Shown: positions 1 to 8,330 of the stretch, piece after piece
Numbering within the stretch: position 1 is the first letter of the stretch
How the letters are laid out: every line of letters starts with the position of its first letter
Sequence record: MZ311864.1
Strand: one strand, 5' to 3'
Length of the DNA: 64,000 nucleotides
Source: Escherichia phage vB_EcoM_LNA4
Notes under the pieces: generated by a model
What the model was told of the DNA's origin: nothing
Database searches by the model: none
The model's input: only the letters and a program-made list of their open reading frames with translations
Made by a program: the position numbers and the translations under genes

Positions 1-11
1 CTTTTTTTTCC

Positions 12-39
12 GGCGGGGGGGGGGTGGGGGGGGGTTTTA
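12..39. repeat. Homopolymeric G tract (G10-T-G9)
   Basis: Read directly at window start: ccggc, ten G, T, nine G, then TTTT. Confidence 0.9.
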
Positions 40-254
40 GTTAGTGATGAGCCACTGACAAGGCGATATGCTTATGCTGTAAACATGTTGTGTGGTATGT
101 GTTTATGGAATGGCGTTTTATAGACATGACAATTTGTTAATGAAATGTACACTATGGTAGGCAGGGGCGGTGTTTGTATCCTCCCGCTTCAGGAGATGTG
201 GCGTGTAATGACTATAGCAGGGCTGACAGTTTACGTCAACCCTTTGTGTTCTCC

Positions 255-437
255 TTATAAAATCATGGTGACAACCATAGCCTGTTGTGTGGTCAGGAGC
301 ATAGCGGTATCAGCGGTTCCTGAACCGGAAGAGGGTGTGTCATCATCGTCATCATCACTGAACACGACACAAAGAACAAGCACCAACAGGACCGCAAGAA
401 GGATCAGGATCACCCACAGAATAATCAGCCCCATCAT
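255..437 (-). CDS. small membrane protein with poly-Asp tail
   Basis: 60-aa ORF, hydrophobic N-terminal helix, ATGA overlap with upstream 37-aa membrane peptide ORF. Confidence 0.35.
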   Translation of the reverse strand: MMGLIILWVILILLAVLLVLVLCVVFSDDDDDDTPSSGSGTADTAMLLTTQQAMVVTMIL

Positions 438-630
438 TCATCCTTCTCAGCCACTGGGCCAACAGCTATGTACAGCATCATCCCAACAGGGATAAGGACC
501 AGGATTGATGCAACAAGCACCCCAAGCAATAAGAAACCTGTGTCGTCCATAAAATTCTCCTCGTGTAATTGATAGAAGGAGTATAATCGACTCGCCACTT
601 CAGGTCAAGAGTTGATGTGCCACTTTAGAT

Positions 631-657
631 AAAAGAAAAGGAGCCTCTTCAGGCTCC
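631..657 (-). terminator. rho-independent terminator
   Basis: GGAGCC-TCTTCA-GGCTCC hairpin followed by T-run on minus strand, just downstream of gene ending at 671. Confidence 0.5.
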
Positions 658-670
658 CTTGTTGTGTGGG

Positions 671-1099
671 TCAAATGTTTCTGATATCAATCAACGTAGG
701 GACATACGTACATGTTGGGGAGTACGGGGTGTCTCTCCTGCTGAGTTGCGTTTTGCAAAGGTCAGTATGTGATTGTGTGTTGACTTCCATTCTGTCGTAG
801 AAGGGATAACCGCTGCACATGTACGGGCGATCATCGTACATAGAGCACTTGTTGTCCTTCAGCTTTGTGCAGGTGAAATAGCTGGTGAAATGCTTTGTTC
901 CCTTGGCAAATTTTTCACGACCTGTAACAACCAAAGGGTTCCGTTTGTGGGCCTCATCCCTGGAGATAGGCTTCATCATATCTCCGTGGATAGCAGAAAT
1001 CCTTCCGGTGCGAACCTTCTCGTGGAACTCCTCGTGAGTGATGTTGTCTATGGCAATGACTTCACAACAGGCACTGCAATTATGACAGTGTTTTATCAT
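671..1099 (-). CDS. cysteine-rich hypothetical protein (possible metal-binding)
   Basis: 142-aa ORF with CxxCxxCC and further Cys clusters; GGAG RBS upstream. Confidence 0.5.
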   Translation of the reverse strand: MIKHCHNCSACCEVIAIDNITHEEFHEKVRTGRISAIHGDMMKPISRDEAHKRNPLVVTGREKFAKGTKHFTSYFTCTKLKDNKCSMYDDRPYMCSGYPFYDRMEVNTQSHTDLCKTQLSRRDTPYSPTCTYVPTLIDIRNI

Positions 1100-1111
1100 A
1101 TCGGTCTCCAG

Positions 1112-1297
1112 TCAGAATGGGTTAAACAAAACGCACATAGCGAAATTGAATAGCGTCAGCAATTGTACGGGCAGCATCCACCACCGCCAGCCTTCAGGGA
1201 AGAACTGCACCATGCTTCGCCAGCCCACGCACTCGAAGACTGCACTTACAGAAATCAGGAGCCACAAGGCCCACAACATAGGGATCAGTGCTGTCAT
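1112..1297 (-). CDS. small membrane protein
   Basis: 61-aa ORF, two hydrophobic segments. Confidence 0.35.
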   Translation of the reverse strand: MTALIPMLWALWLLISVSAVFECVGWRSMVQFFPEGWRWWMLPVQLLTLFNFAMCVLFNPF

Positions 1298-1524
1298 TTA
1301 TCAGCCTCACCAAACAGGAGTATGAACTCTACCGCAGCGTTCCAGCCAGAACAGTACGGATCGACACCACGGAGTTTGCCTGCGGTGCTCTTGATGTTGT
1401 GCCTTTCGATAAGGCAGGCGCACCAACCTGCACCCGCCTCAATCATCTCGGAGGTTAGCTGGAAACGGGTCTGGCGAATCCACCAGGCCTGAAATTCTTT
1501 AGTGTGCATATCGAGAGTATTCAT
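1294..1524 (-). CDS. hypothetical protein
   Basis: 76-aa ORF, stop/start overlap with neighbours. Confidence 0.35.
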   Translation of the reverse strand: MNTLDMHTKEFQAWWIRQTRFQLTSEMIEAGAGWCACLIERHNIKSTAGKLRGVDPYCSGWNAAVEFILLFGEADK

Positions 1525-1775
1525 ACAGTGTACTCCACATTGATCTGGCTCAACTGTACCAGTTGCCCCTCTGGGATAGCGATGATCTTGGCATTTCTTA
1601 GATTGAATGCGGTCACAAATCCGTTATAGTTTCCGATCAGTGACTCTCCGACAATGCAAGGAAACCCGTCGAATATAAATCCCTCACCAGGATCAAGGGA
1701 GGACAGGGTAACCATCGTTTTATTCTGCTGTGTTACTTTTACTTTCACGTTTTTGTCTCCTCTCACAAAGTTCAA
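1521..1775 (-). CDS. hypothetical protein
   Basis: 84-aa ORF in minus-strand gene train. Confidence 0.35.
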   Translation of the reverse strand: MNFVRGDKNVKVKVTQQNKTMVTLSSLDPGEGFIFDGFPCIVGESLIGNYNGFVTAFNLRNAKIIAIPEGQLVQLSQINVEYTV

Positions 1776-2040
1776 AGATATAAATGTTCTCTTCGTTTTC
1801 TACCCTGGCAGCAACAATACCTTCGTACATCGTCCTCCCGCAGACCAGTATGTCGTCGAAGTAGTTCCCGGTGGCTATGTGAACTGTGTCTTCCCAGTGA
1901 TCGAAACGCACGACATCATAGGCCTCACCAACACGGAAGAGTTCTGAATCTGCACGAATGCACAAGGCTTTCCCCATAGGATAGGTTCTTTGGAGAAGGT
2001 CTCTTGTCAATATACCTATATCGGTGATGCTACGATTCAT
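1720..2040 (-). CDS. hypothetical protein
   Basis: 106-aa ORF; start overlaps preceding gene. Confidence 0.4.
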   Translation of the reverse strand: MNRSITDIGILTRDLLQRTYPMGKALCIRADSELFRVGEAYDVVRFDHWEDTVHIATGNYFDDILVCGRTMYEGIVAARVENEENIYIFELCERRQKRESKSNTAE

Positions 2041-2237
2041 TTCATTATCTCCGGCGGTTGAATATGTTTCGACACGTCTTTCCCGCAGTTATCGCAGAGG
2101 AAACGTTTACCTCCAGAGATAACCTTGTTATCAGATGTCCCATATGGAACACCGTTGAAGTCTACCGTCAGGTCGTACCTCTCAGTGATGACAGTCGTTG
2201 CGGAGTCACACCCACAGTAAGGGCAGGAATCAATCAT
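2037..2237 (-). CDS. zinc-ribbon protein
   Basis: 66 aa with CPYCGC and CDNCG pairs. Confidence 0.4.
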   Translation of the reverse strand: MIDSCPYCGCDSATTVITERYDLTVDFNGVPYGTSDNKVISGGKRFLCDNCGKDVSKHIQPPEIMK

Positions 2238-2409
2238 CTGGGAATCGCCGTTTCAGTTCACGCTCTGCACACTCAATCCACTTACGAACCTGGCTACGGC
2301 CTTTTATGGTCTCCGGTTCTGGATGGTCAATAAGGAATCGCCTTCCGTGTTCAACATGCTGTCGGAGAGCTTCGTCATCCATATCTTTTACATAATCTTC
2401 ATGTGTCAT
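2230..2409 (-). CDS. hypothetical protein (59 aa, below ORF-track cutoff)
   Basis: Hand translation MTHEDYVKDMDDEALRQ...; stop TGA overlaps ATG of next gene (ATGA). Confidence 0.4.
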   Translation of the reverse strand: MTHEDYVKDMDDEALRQHVEHGRRFLIDHPEPETIKGRSQVRKWIECAERELKRRFPDD

Positions 2410-2418
2410 TTTGTATCC

Positions 2419-2604
2419 TCAGCTTGTAAAGAAAATAAAGAATCCCCACACCATGCTTCCAATGGCAAAGGCCATGACGAAATACAGGAAGCACAAGAGG
2501 TACTCGCTCATCGGCTTCATGATACCCAACTCAAGATGATGATTACCCACAGCACAATGAATGACGAAAGGAAAATTGTCAACCCTAAAGCGCTGAACAG
2601 GCAC
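2419..2604 (-). CDS. small membrane protein
   Basis: 61-aa hydrophobic ORF. Confidence 0.3.
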   Translation of the reverse strand: MPVQRFRVDNFPFVIHCAVGNHHLELGIMKPMSEYLLCFLYFVMAFAIGSMVWGFFIFFTS

Positions 2605-2656
2605 TGGATATCGGTCATCTCTTCTTTTTTCGGAACGTTCCAGCGATGAGCTTTCA

Positions 2657-2842
2657 TTACTGCACCTGCCGAATAAGAGTCAGAATCAGAACAAAAACAG
2701 CGACCCAGTTAAGCACACCAATAAGCGCAGCGGTGGTCTTTTTGTTTTGGTCTTTCTCAACCTCTGCCAGTACCATTCGAACAATGTTGAAGCAACCACT
2801 GATGGTGTTCAGAAGTAGCAGGATTACAGTTACCGTGATCAT
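2657..2842 (-). CDS. small membrane protein
   Basis: 61-aa ORF with two hydrophobic helices. Confidence 0.3.
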   Translation of the reverse strand: MITVTVILLLLNTISGCFNIVRMVLAEVEKDQNKKTTAALIGVLNWVAVFVLILTLIRQVQ

Positions 2843-2912
2843 CTTATTTCTCCTTTATGGATTTGTTTTATATGCAGACATTTTAAGCCAGTCGTAACTG
2901 GCTGTCAAGCGA

Positions 2913-3158
2913 TTACCACAAAATAACACGACCCTGTTCGAGGGTTCGTTTCATTCCGTAGATATCTGCATCAATGCACATAACTATCACGTCCCGATCA
3001 AAGGCTGACATGCCCTCTTCCCTCATAGACTGCGCTTCAGCGGCTAGCGCATCCTCATCTGCACGGTACGCTTCGAGTTCACGGATCTCTTTCTCGATCC
3101 ACTCACGTTCTTCCTGCGTGATCGGCGTTCCACGACGCTCATCAATAAAAATATTCAT
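2913..3158 (-). CDS. hypothetical protein
   Basis: 81-aa acidic ORF. Confidence 0.4.
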   Translation of the reverse strand: MNIFIDERRGTPITQEEREWIEKEIRELEAYRADEDALAAEAQSMREEGMSAFDRDVIVMCIDADIYGMKRTLEQGRVILW

Positions 3159-3254
3159 AAAATCCTCTTTTAAAAGCGTGTCATCTCTGATGGCTACGCG
3201 TGTTATGAAAATCCCCTATTGGATTTTTGCGGCGCTGCCTGACGGCAGCAAGTA

Positions 3255-3449
3255 TTACCCTAAGCGAACAACTTTGCTTTTAAAGGCGTCCTTTTTCTTC
3301 TCTGTCTCGATCTCTTCCAAAGCCCATTCTTCGCAGACATGATCTCCAAGGGTTATCCAGAAGGGCCACCACACAGGTCGAAATTGCGCTGAGAAAAGTT
3401 CCTTTCCGGAATTACTGATCACAGTAATGATTCGATATTTGTACTTCAT
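3255..3449 (-). CDS. hypothetical protein
   Basis: 64-aa ORF. Confidence 0.3.
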   Translation of the reverse strand: MKYKYRIITVISNSGKELFSAQFRPVWWPFWITLGDHVCEEWALEEIETEKKKDAFKSKVVRLG

Positions 3450-3637
3450 CCGTAGTGTCTCTCCGCCTCTTTGTAACTTACGGTGATTGCATCACCCCCG
3501 ACTGCCTCCGGTAACTCCGCTGGTGGAACACTGTACTGGGTAGCCAGTGCAAGTTCAACCCACGAAGAAAGGAATTCAGACCAAAAGCCACGTCCGTCAT
3601 TGATTGCCGACTCATTTGGTGAGTAAATTACGAGCAC
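3446..3637 (-). CDS. hypothetical protein
   Basis: 63-aa ORF, probable GTG start. Confidence 0.3.
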   Translation of the reverse strand: MLVIYSPNESAINDGRGFWSEFLSSWVELALATQYSVPPAELPEAVGGDAITVSYKEAERHYG

Positions 3638-3750
3638 TAGTCTCTCCTCTTAGATTCATGTACCAAGTGTACCCACGCCCAGAAGGGCAGGCCTCTCAAA
3701 CCAACACCTACCATAACGAGCAGGAAGATGATTGTTAAAATTGTGTCCAT
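3637..3750 (-). CDS. small membrane peptide (37 aa)
   Basis: Hand translation MDTILTIIFLLVMVGVGL...; AGGAGA RBS; stop overlaps next start. Confidence 0.3.
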   Translation of the reverse strand: MDTILTIIFLLVMVGVGLRGLPFWAWVHLVHESKRRD

Positions 3751-3810
3751 AGTGTCTCCTTTTATTGTCTAAGAGGAGCGTAACAGCTATTTAATGTGTT
3801 GTCAACAACA

Positions 3811-3836
3811 AAAAAGGCCCCGAAGGGCCTTTATTA
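3811..3836. terminator. bidirectional rho-independent terminator
   Basis: GGCCC-CGAA-GGGCC hairpin flanked by A-run and T-run, immediately after gene ending at 3834. Confidence 0.6.
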
Positions 3837-4985
3837 AGATATTGCTGTTGTGTCTAGAGGTACAAAAGTATAAACCCTTGTTGTGCCAAGACCCGGCAGC
3901 AGTCCGGTGGTGGTATCCTGACCAGTTCCGTACAACGTTCCGTTTATCAGAAGATATGCTGCTTTATAAGCACCACGGGTTCCGTGGTATTCCCCGTCCA
4001 AAACCTGTGTTCCAAGTGCTGTGAAAGAATACTTTATACTTTGCCCTATAACACCATCACCCTGCAACTGACCACTGCTTGTACCAGTGTAGTAAACCCT
4101 ACCAGTTGGGTGCAGATACCTGGCGGAGTACAACCCGATGTACAACTTAGGCGCTCCCTTGGATTTATCCGTGATGTTTGGTGCTACAGCAGTCGGATTT
4201 GAGTAGTTCACACCACCAGTTGCCCCTGTTCCAAGGCTTCCGTCAAATTGTCGTCCTTGAGCATACAAGACATACGCAGATCCGGTCTCCACAACCCTGA
4301 ACCAACCATTAGGTCCGGCTACAATATCCACCACAGTGTTGACGGCGGCTTGTAATGTCCAAGTTGACACAACTGTGGATGTTACCCCAGCCTGTCCAAA
4401 GTCAGAGTTCCCAGCAACATACACAGCCCCCGTGTTCAGCAGCATGTATGAGGTATCAATACTCCCCCAATCAAAGGTGATTTTCTTAACGTTGGTGAAG
4501 TCGGTCCTCATGGTCAGTTGTCTTACGGTTGTTGTATTCCCCTGACCGAGACCGCCGTTACCATTTCTACCGCACATTGCGTATTGCCCGTTTGTGAACA
4601 CCACAGCTATAGATTGATACCCTATGGACACTTCCTTAATGGTCAGCCCAGCCGTGTACGTCATATATGCAGAGACATCCACCGGGGAGGTTATAGTAGA
4701 TCCGAGGGCTGTTGGGAACATAAAGTTGTTACCCATAAACATCCAGCGCCCATCAACCATTTTGAAGAGGACTGCACGGAAACCCACCCAAAAATCCTCA
4801 ACCCCAGCAGACAAAAGTCGCCAAGTCGTTGTTGTCGCCCCTGTTCCACTAAAATACTGGTCACCAATTGTGTAGAGGTTCCCAGATGTTGACAGGGCAA
4901 CGATACCGTTGTCACCAGCATCGAATTTCTTAATATTCCCTGTCGGTACTGGGGTCTTCCCACCAGCTAACATCATCTCGAACAT
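3834..4985 (-). CDS. RCC1-like repeat (beta-propeller) protein
   Basis: 383 aa, Gly/Thr-rich, about five repeats of the form G-N-x-x-G-Q-L/A-G (GRNGNGGLGQG, AGNSDFGQAG, GTSSGQLQGDG...). Confidence 0.5.
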   Translation of the reverse strand: MFEMMLAGGKTPVPTGNIKKFDAGDNGIVALSTSGNLYTIGDQYFSGTGATTTTWRLLSAGVEDFWVGFRAVLFKMVDGRWMFMGNNFMFPTALGSTITSPVDVSAYMTYTAGLTIKEVSIGYQSIAVVFTNGQYAMCGRNGNGGLGQGNTTTVRQLTMRTDFTNVKKITFDWGSIDTSYMLLNTGAVYVAGNSDFGQAGVTSTVVSTWTLQAAVNTVVDIVAGPNGWFRVVETGSAYVLYAQGRQFDGSLGTGATGGVNYSNPTAVAPNITDKSKGAPKLYIGLYSARYLHPTGRVYYTGTSSGQLQGDGVIGQSIKYSFTALGTQVLDGEYHGTRGAYKAAYLLINGTLYGTGQDTTTGLLPGLGTTRVYTFVPLDTTAIS

Positions 4986-5025
4986 TGCTTTTCTCCTATT
5001 TGTAAACCTTTATTTTATCACAAAA

Positions 5026-5274
5026 TCAGGAGAATTTCTTGCGGTAGTAAAGACGCGCAGCTTTACGCGCCTGACCTTCTCGCTTGAAGTATTTGTCCTG
5101 GAATCTCCACTGCCCGGTATCAGTATCTCGCCAGACCTCGTGGTTAATGAACTCTAAAATGCTTTCGCCACCCATGTTTCCCTCTTTTCCCCACGCTTCT
5201 TCAGGAAGATACCAGTTGTCAATGGACTCCCCGTGAATTTCCTTCAACAGTTCACGATAATCACGACTTTGCAT
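5026..5274 (-). CDS. hypothetical protein
   Basis: 82-aa ORF. Confidence 0.4.
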   Translation of the reverse strand: MQSRDYRELLKEIHGESIDNWYLPEEAWGKEGNMGGESILEFINHEVWRDTDTGQWRFQDKYFKREGQARKAARLYYRKKFS

Positions 5275-5437
5275 TATCCTCCCGTGGCTCTATAGCCATT
5301 CTGTGAAGTTCGTTGACCATATCTGCCACCTTTACACGATCCTCCCAGAAATTGAAAGACGCACCCAGAAAAAGTGTGTTTTCAATACCCAGCAGAAGCT
5401 CTTGCGCTCTCTTTACACGCAGTTCTTGTTCGGTCAT
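5261..5437 (-). CDS. hypothetical protein (58 aa)
   Basis: Hand translation MTEQELRVKRAQELL...; ATGA overlaps at both ends. Confidence 0.35.
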   Translation of the reverse strand: MTEQELRVKRAQELLLGIENTLFLGASFNFWEDRVKVADMVNELHRMAIEPREDNAKS

Positions 5438-5628
5438 TTCCAGATCCTGAAATTATCACGAATGGCGCTGCCAACAATTGCCCCGATGAAGCCAAGAAAT
5501 ACCAGACCTGCAACCAGAATAAGGGCCGCAGGGCCGAGTTGAGATATCAACCAGATAAGGATTACCGCACAAAACAGTACGATTGGGAATCCCACCAAAA
5601 AATTCTTCATGCCGCTTGAGATTCTCAT
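5434..5628 (-). CDS. small membrane protein
   Basis: 64 aa with two hydrophobic helices. Confidence 0.35.
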   Translation of the reverse strand: MRISSGMKNFLVGFPIVLFCAVILIWLISQLGPAALILVAGLVFLGFIGAIVGSAIRDNFRIWK

Positions 5629-5873
5629 ACAGACCCCTCCCAGATGACAAGATTCTCTGCTGGTTTGAGCATGTTTTCCATGTCCGGGGTGAATGGACGT
5701 ACCACACGCCTATTTTTAAGTGGGTGTAAGTAGGTCATGAACAAATGACCATTCTTAGAAAGATAGGCCAGCCCACGAACACTACCGGGGTCCTGATTCC
5801 AACCATTATCGTGGAAATAAACACCATTAGAGCGAGATTCTGAGAGAATCTTTTTTATTTCACTTAGTTTCAT
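5625..5873 (-). CDS. hypothetical protein
   Basis: Start taken at internal MKLSEIKK to give ATGA overlap with upstream gene. Confidence 0.4.
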   Translation of the reverse strand: MKLSEIKKILSESRSNGVYFHDNGWNQDPGSVRGLAYLSKNGHLFMTYLHPLKNRRVVRPFTPDMENMLKPAENLVIWEGSV

Positions 5874-6154
5874 TGGATCTCCTTTACTGGTTCGAAACTT
5901 TCCGGTCGAGGAGCACCGCTGGCCCACGCCTTACACCCAGCATAGCCGGGAAGACTGCTGCGTCTTAGCAGGGATGGCACATGGGTACTCTCAAAGTGCC
6001 TACGACCGCTCTCTGACTCATAAAATAACCACTTACCACGATCCCTTTCCCCGGTATCGGTCCAGTTAACAGTCCAACTGGAAGTGCCGATAAGCTTCAT
6101 TTTTCTTCTTTTCCACCAACCTAACATTCTAATCTCCTCTGAACGTAACGCCAA
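5870..6154 (-). CDS. hypothetical protein
   Basis: 94-aa ORF. Confidence 0.3.
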   Translation of the reverse strand: MALRSEEIRMLGWWKRRKMKLIGTSSWTVNWTDTGERDRGKWLFYESESGRRHFESTHVPSLLRRSSLPGYAGCKAWASGAPRPESFEPVKEIQ

Positions 6155-6275
6155 GTTTTCCGATAGTGTGCCATAACTTCCGCAGTTTTGTCAACAGGAA
6201 CCTTGGTTTTCAGACAATACCAGGCCCCCTCGCGGGAGGCCGAGTCCATAGACATTCTTCCGTAGATGCTGTATG

Positions 6276-6485
6276 TCATCCAACACCCCTTACCTGTATT
6301 GTTTTTGCAACATGGAGCAATGTGTCGATAACAAGATTGTACTTACCCCTAGAAACAGAGTTTTTCGGTTCCTTGTCCCTTAAAAATCGGCAGGTATCTA
6401 TCTGGCTAATGATCTCTTCCATGATCTCTTTTCTCTCAAGCATCTTGCCTAATTCCTCTCTTGCATCACCGTACTCATCGGACAT
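6276..6485 (-). CDS. hypothetical protein
   Basis: 69-aa ORF with AAGGAG RBS. Confidence 0.3.
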   Translation of the reverse strand: MSDEYGDAREELGKMLERKEIMEEIISQIDTCRFLRDKEPKNSVSRGKYNLVIDTLLHVAKTIQVRGVG

Positions 6486-7623
6486 TCTTTTCTCCTTTTG
6501 CTACCTTCAGCATGTGGATTGTGTTCTCCAGGTCTTTCTTCGGCTTACTGTACAGCTTACGACCGTGTTTTGCAAGGAACTTCTCCAGATAGTCCAGTGC
6601 TTTGAATTCAACAATTTCGTTGATAACCTCTGGCACGTTGAACTCTTCCTTCAGCATCTGGTATGCTGCCTTTTTCACCGTAATTGGTGTGCGGCCTTGG
6701 CTGATTGCCATTTCAGTAACCAATCGCTTACGGCTATCAGACCAGTTAGCATTGATAGGGAATGCCTTATATCCGTTTTGCTCCTGGAAAATCTTCACTG
6801 CACGTTCTTGCAGGGTGTCTTTGTCATAACCACGACAATAGTAGCTCGACTCATCCTGATGGTCGAAGTGCTCCAGGTCGTCGTAGTCGCCAACACCGAG
6901 GTCTGCCAGTAACAGAACATCGTCCGACTGAGACAGAAGGCGGGTAGCATTCCAGCGTACCTCAAAATCACTCGCCTGGTTGCGATCACGGTCGAGTGTG
7001 AACACCTCAGCAGGGAAATCGTAGTCGAACTTATACTTACCCTTAACCGTGGTAACGTACAGCCCATTCACATATAGGCGGCAGTCATTGTTGTTCTTTT
7101 TGGCATAAGCCTTACCAAAGCAACGGTCTTCGACGACAATCTCAAGATCTGTACGGGCTGGCGCGTAATTCTTTTTAACAAGATTCATTGCAGAATCAGG
7201 AACGCCGCTGATCGTGATCGTTACACGGTCTTCATCGCGACTTAAAAACTGGTTTTCGATGATATTGATAGACAAAACCTTCTCATCAAAAAGGTCGTCC
7301 ATCTCGAACTGTGGTTTCCACAGGTCTTTCCCGTTTTTCACCGTGATATCAGCGCCTTCACGCAACAGGCACAGGAAGCCCACCTTCATCCCCTCACCGA
7401 ACTTACCGATCTTGGTGTCGTCATCCTCTTTGGTGGTTTTACCCATAAGAAGGGACTGGATAGGCATCTTGCCACCGCAGGAAGAAATGGTGATCGAGTC
7501 ATTGTCGAACAGCACAGTATGATCACCTGCGTCAATGGCGTTTTGAATAAGCTCACGGATGCCTTCCCACCATGACCAATGGGCTACATATGTTGGGGCA
7601 ATGCTTAACTTGATACTTTTCAT
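6475..7623 (-). CDS. GHKL-type ATPase domain protein
   Basis: N-terminal Bergerat-fold motif ELIQNAIDA and G-rich box GKFGEGMKVGF; start set at MKSIKL with AAGGAGA RBS. Confidence 0.55.
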   Translation of the reverse strand: MKSIKLSIAPTYVAHWSWWEGIRELIQNAIDAGDHTVLFDNDSITISSCGGKMPIQSLLMGKTTKEDDDTKIGKFGEGMKVGFLCLLREGADITVKNGKDLWKPQFEMDDLFDEKVLSINIIENQFLSRDEDRVTITISGVPDSAMNLVKKNYAPARTDLEIVVEDRCFGKAYAKKNNNDCRLYVNGLYVTTVKGKYKFDYDFPAEVFTLDRDRNQASDFEVRWNATRLLSQSDDVLLLADLGVGDYDDLEHFDHQDESSYYCRGYDKDTLQERAVKIFQEQNGYKAFPINANWSDSRKRLVTEMAISQGRTPITVKKAAYQMLKEEFNVPEVINEIVEFKALDYLEKFLAKHGRKLYSKPKKDLENTIHMLKVAKGEKNVR

Positions 7624-7742
7624 AGTTTCTCCTTGAAACGTTTTATGTCCAAGCATTATTACACAAAGAAAACAGATGTCAACCATTGACTAAGGGTTTT
7701 TATCCTGATAATCTTACCAGACACATACAGAGGAGACATAAA

Positions 7743-7991
7743 ATGTCCGAACAAGTTCTTGAACAAGATAAGTACAAAATTTACGAAGTCGTCCTTGTAG
7801 ACGGTCAGTTCGAAGCGACTATCCGTGACATCTTCACCAGGACTATTCGTGTGGAAGGAAAGAATGGTGAAGAAGACACCTTCGTTACCCACGTATCCTA
7901 CCGTATGCACGAGAAGGAGTGGTGGTACGAAGAAATCCTGCCGCATCGTGTGCAGAAACTCAATGGAAAAATCAACTTTGGAGCTAAATAA
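7743..7991 (+). CDS. hypothetical protein
   Basis: Plus-strand ORF MSEQVLEQDKYKIYEV... inside minus-strand region, GAGGAGA RBS. Confidence 0.45.
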   Translation: MSEQVLEQDKYKIYEVVLVDGQFEATIRDIFTRTIRVEGKNGEEDTFVTHVSYRMHEKEWWYEEILPHRVQKLNGKINFGAK

Positions 7992-8302
7992 TGGATTTAC
8001 TGGAAGATAAAGGCGGTCGTCCGGACCGCAATGAAATTGATCCTCGTGTCGGGCCTGGTAAGGTGTGTATCATCTACGGTTTCGACCCGAAAAACCCCAA
8101 CACTGGGCCTCTCAATGGGTTACAGTGCATGGTACATGAAAAGGTTATCCGTAGCGGAAATATCTTCTTCCCTTTTGGGGAGACATGGTATGCCTGCACC
8201 GTATATGGCCTGAAGGGTATCACAAATCTCCGTGCTGATCACCTGATGGTGACCGATGACTCCGATGTCCTTATTATTGAGAAAATGAGGGCTGATAAAT
8301 AA
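7991..8302 (+). CDS. hypothetical protein
   Basis: 103 aa, TAATG overlap with preceding plus-strand gene. Confidence 0.45.
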   Translation: MDLLEDKGGRPDRNEIDPRVGPGKVCIIYGFDPKNPNTGPLNGLQCMVHEKVIRSGNIFFPFGETWYACTVYGLKGITNLRADHLMVTDDSDVLIIEKMRADK

Positions 8303-8330
8303 AAGAAAACCCGCCTTTCGGCGGGTTATG
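8301..8330. terminator. bidirectional terminator between convergent genes
   Basis: AACCCGCC-TTTC-GGCGGGTT hairpin with A-run upstream and T-rich downstream. Confidence 0.55.

Noticed and set aside
6166-6912. 248-aa plus-strand ORF
   Set aside because: Lies antisense to the GHKL ATPase gene; translation is low-complexity with no RBS. Treated as a shadow ORF.
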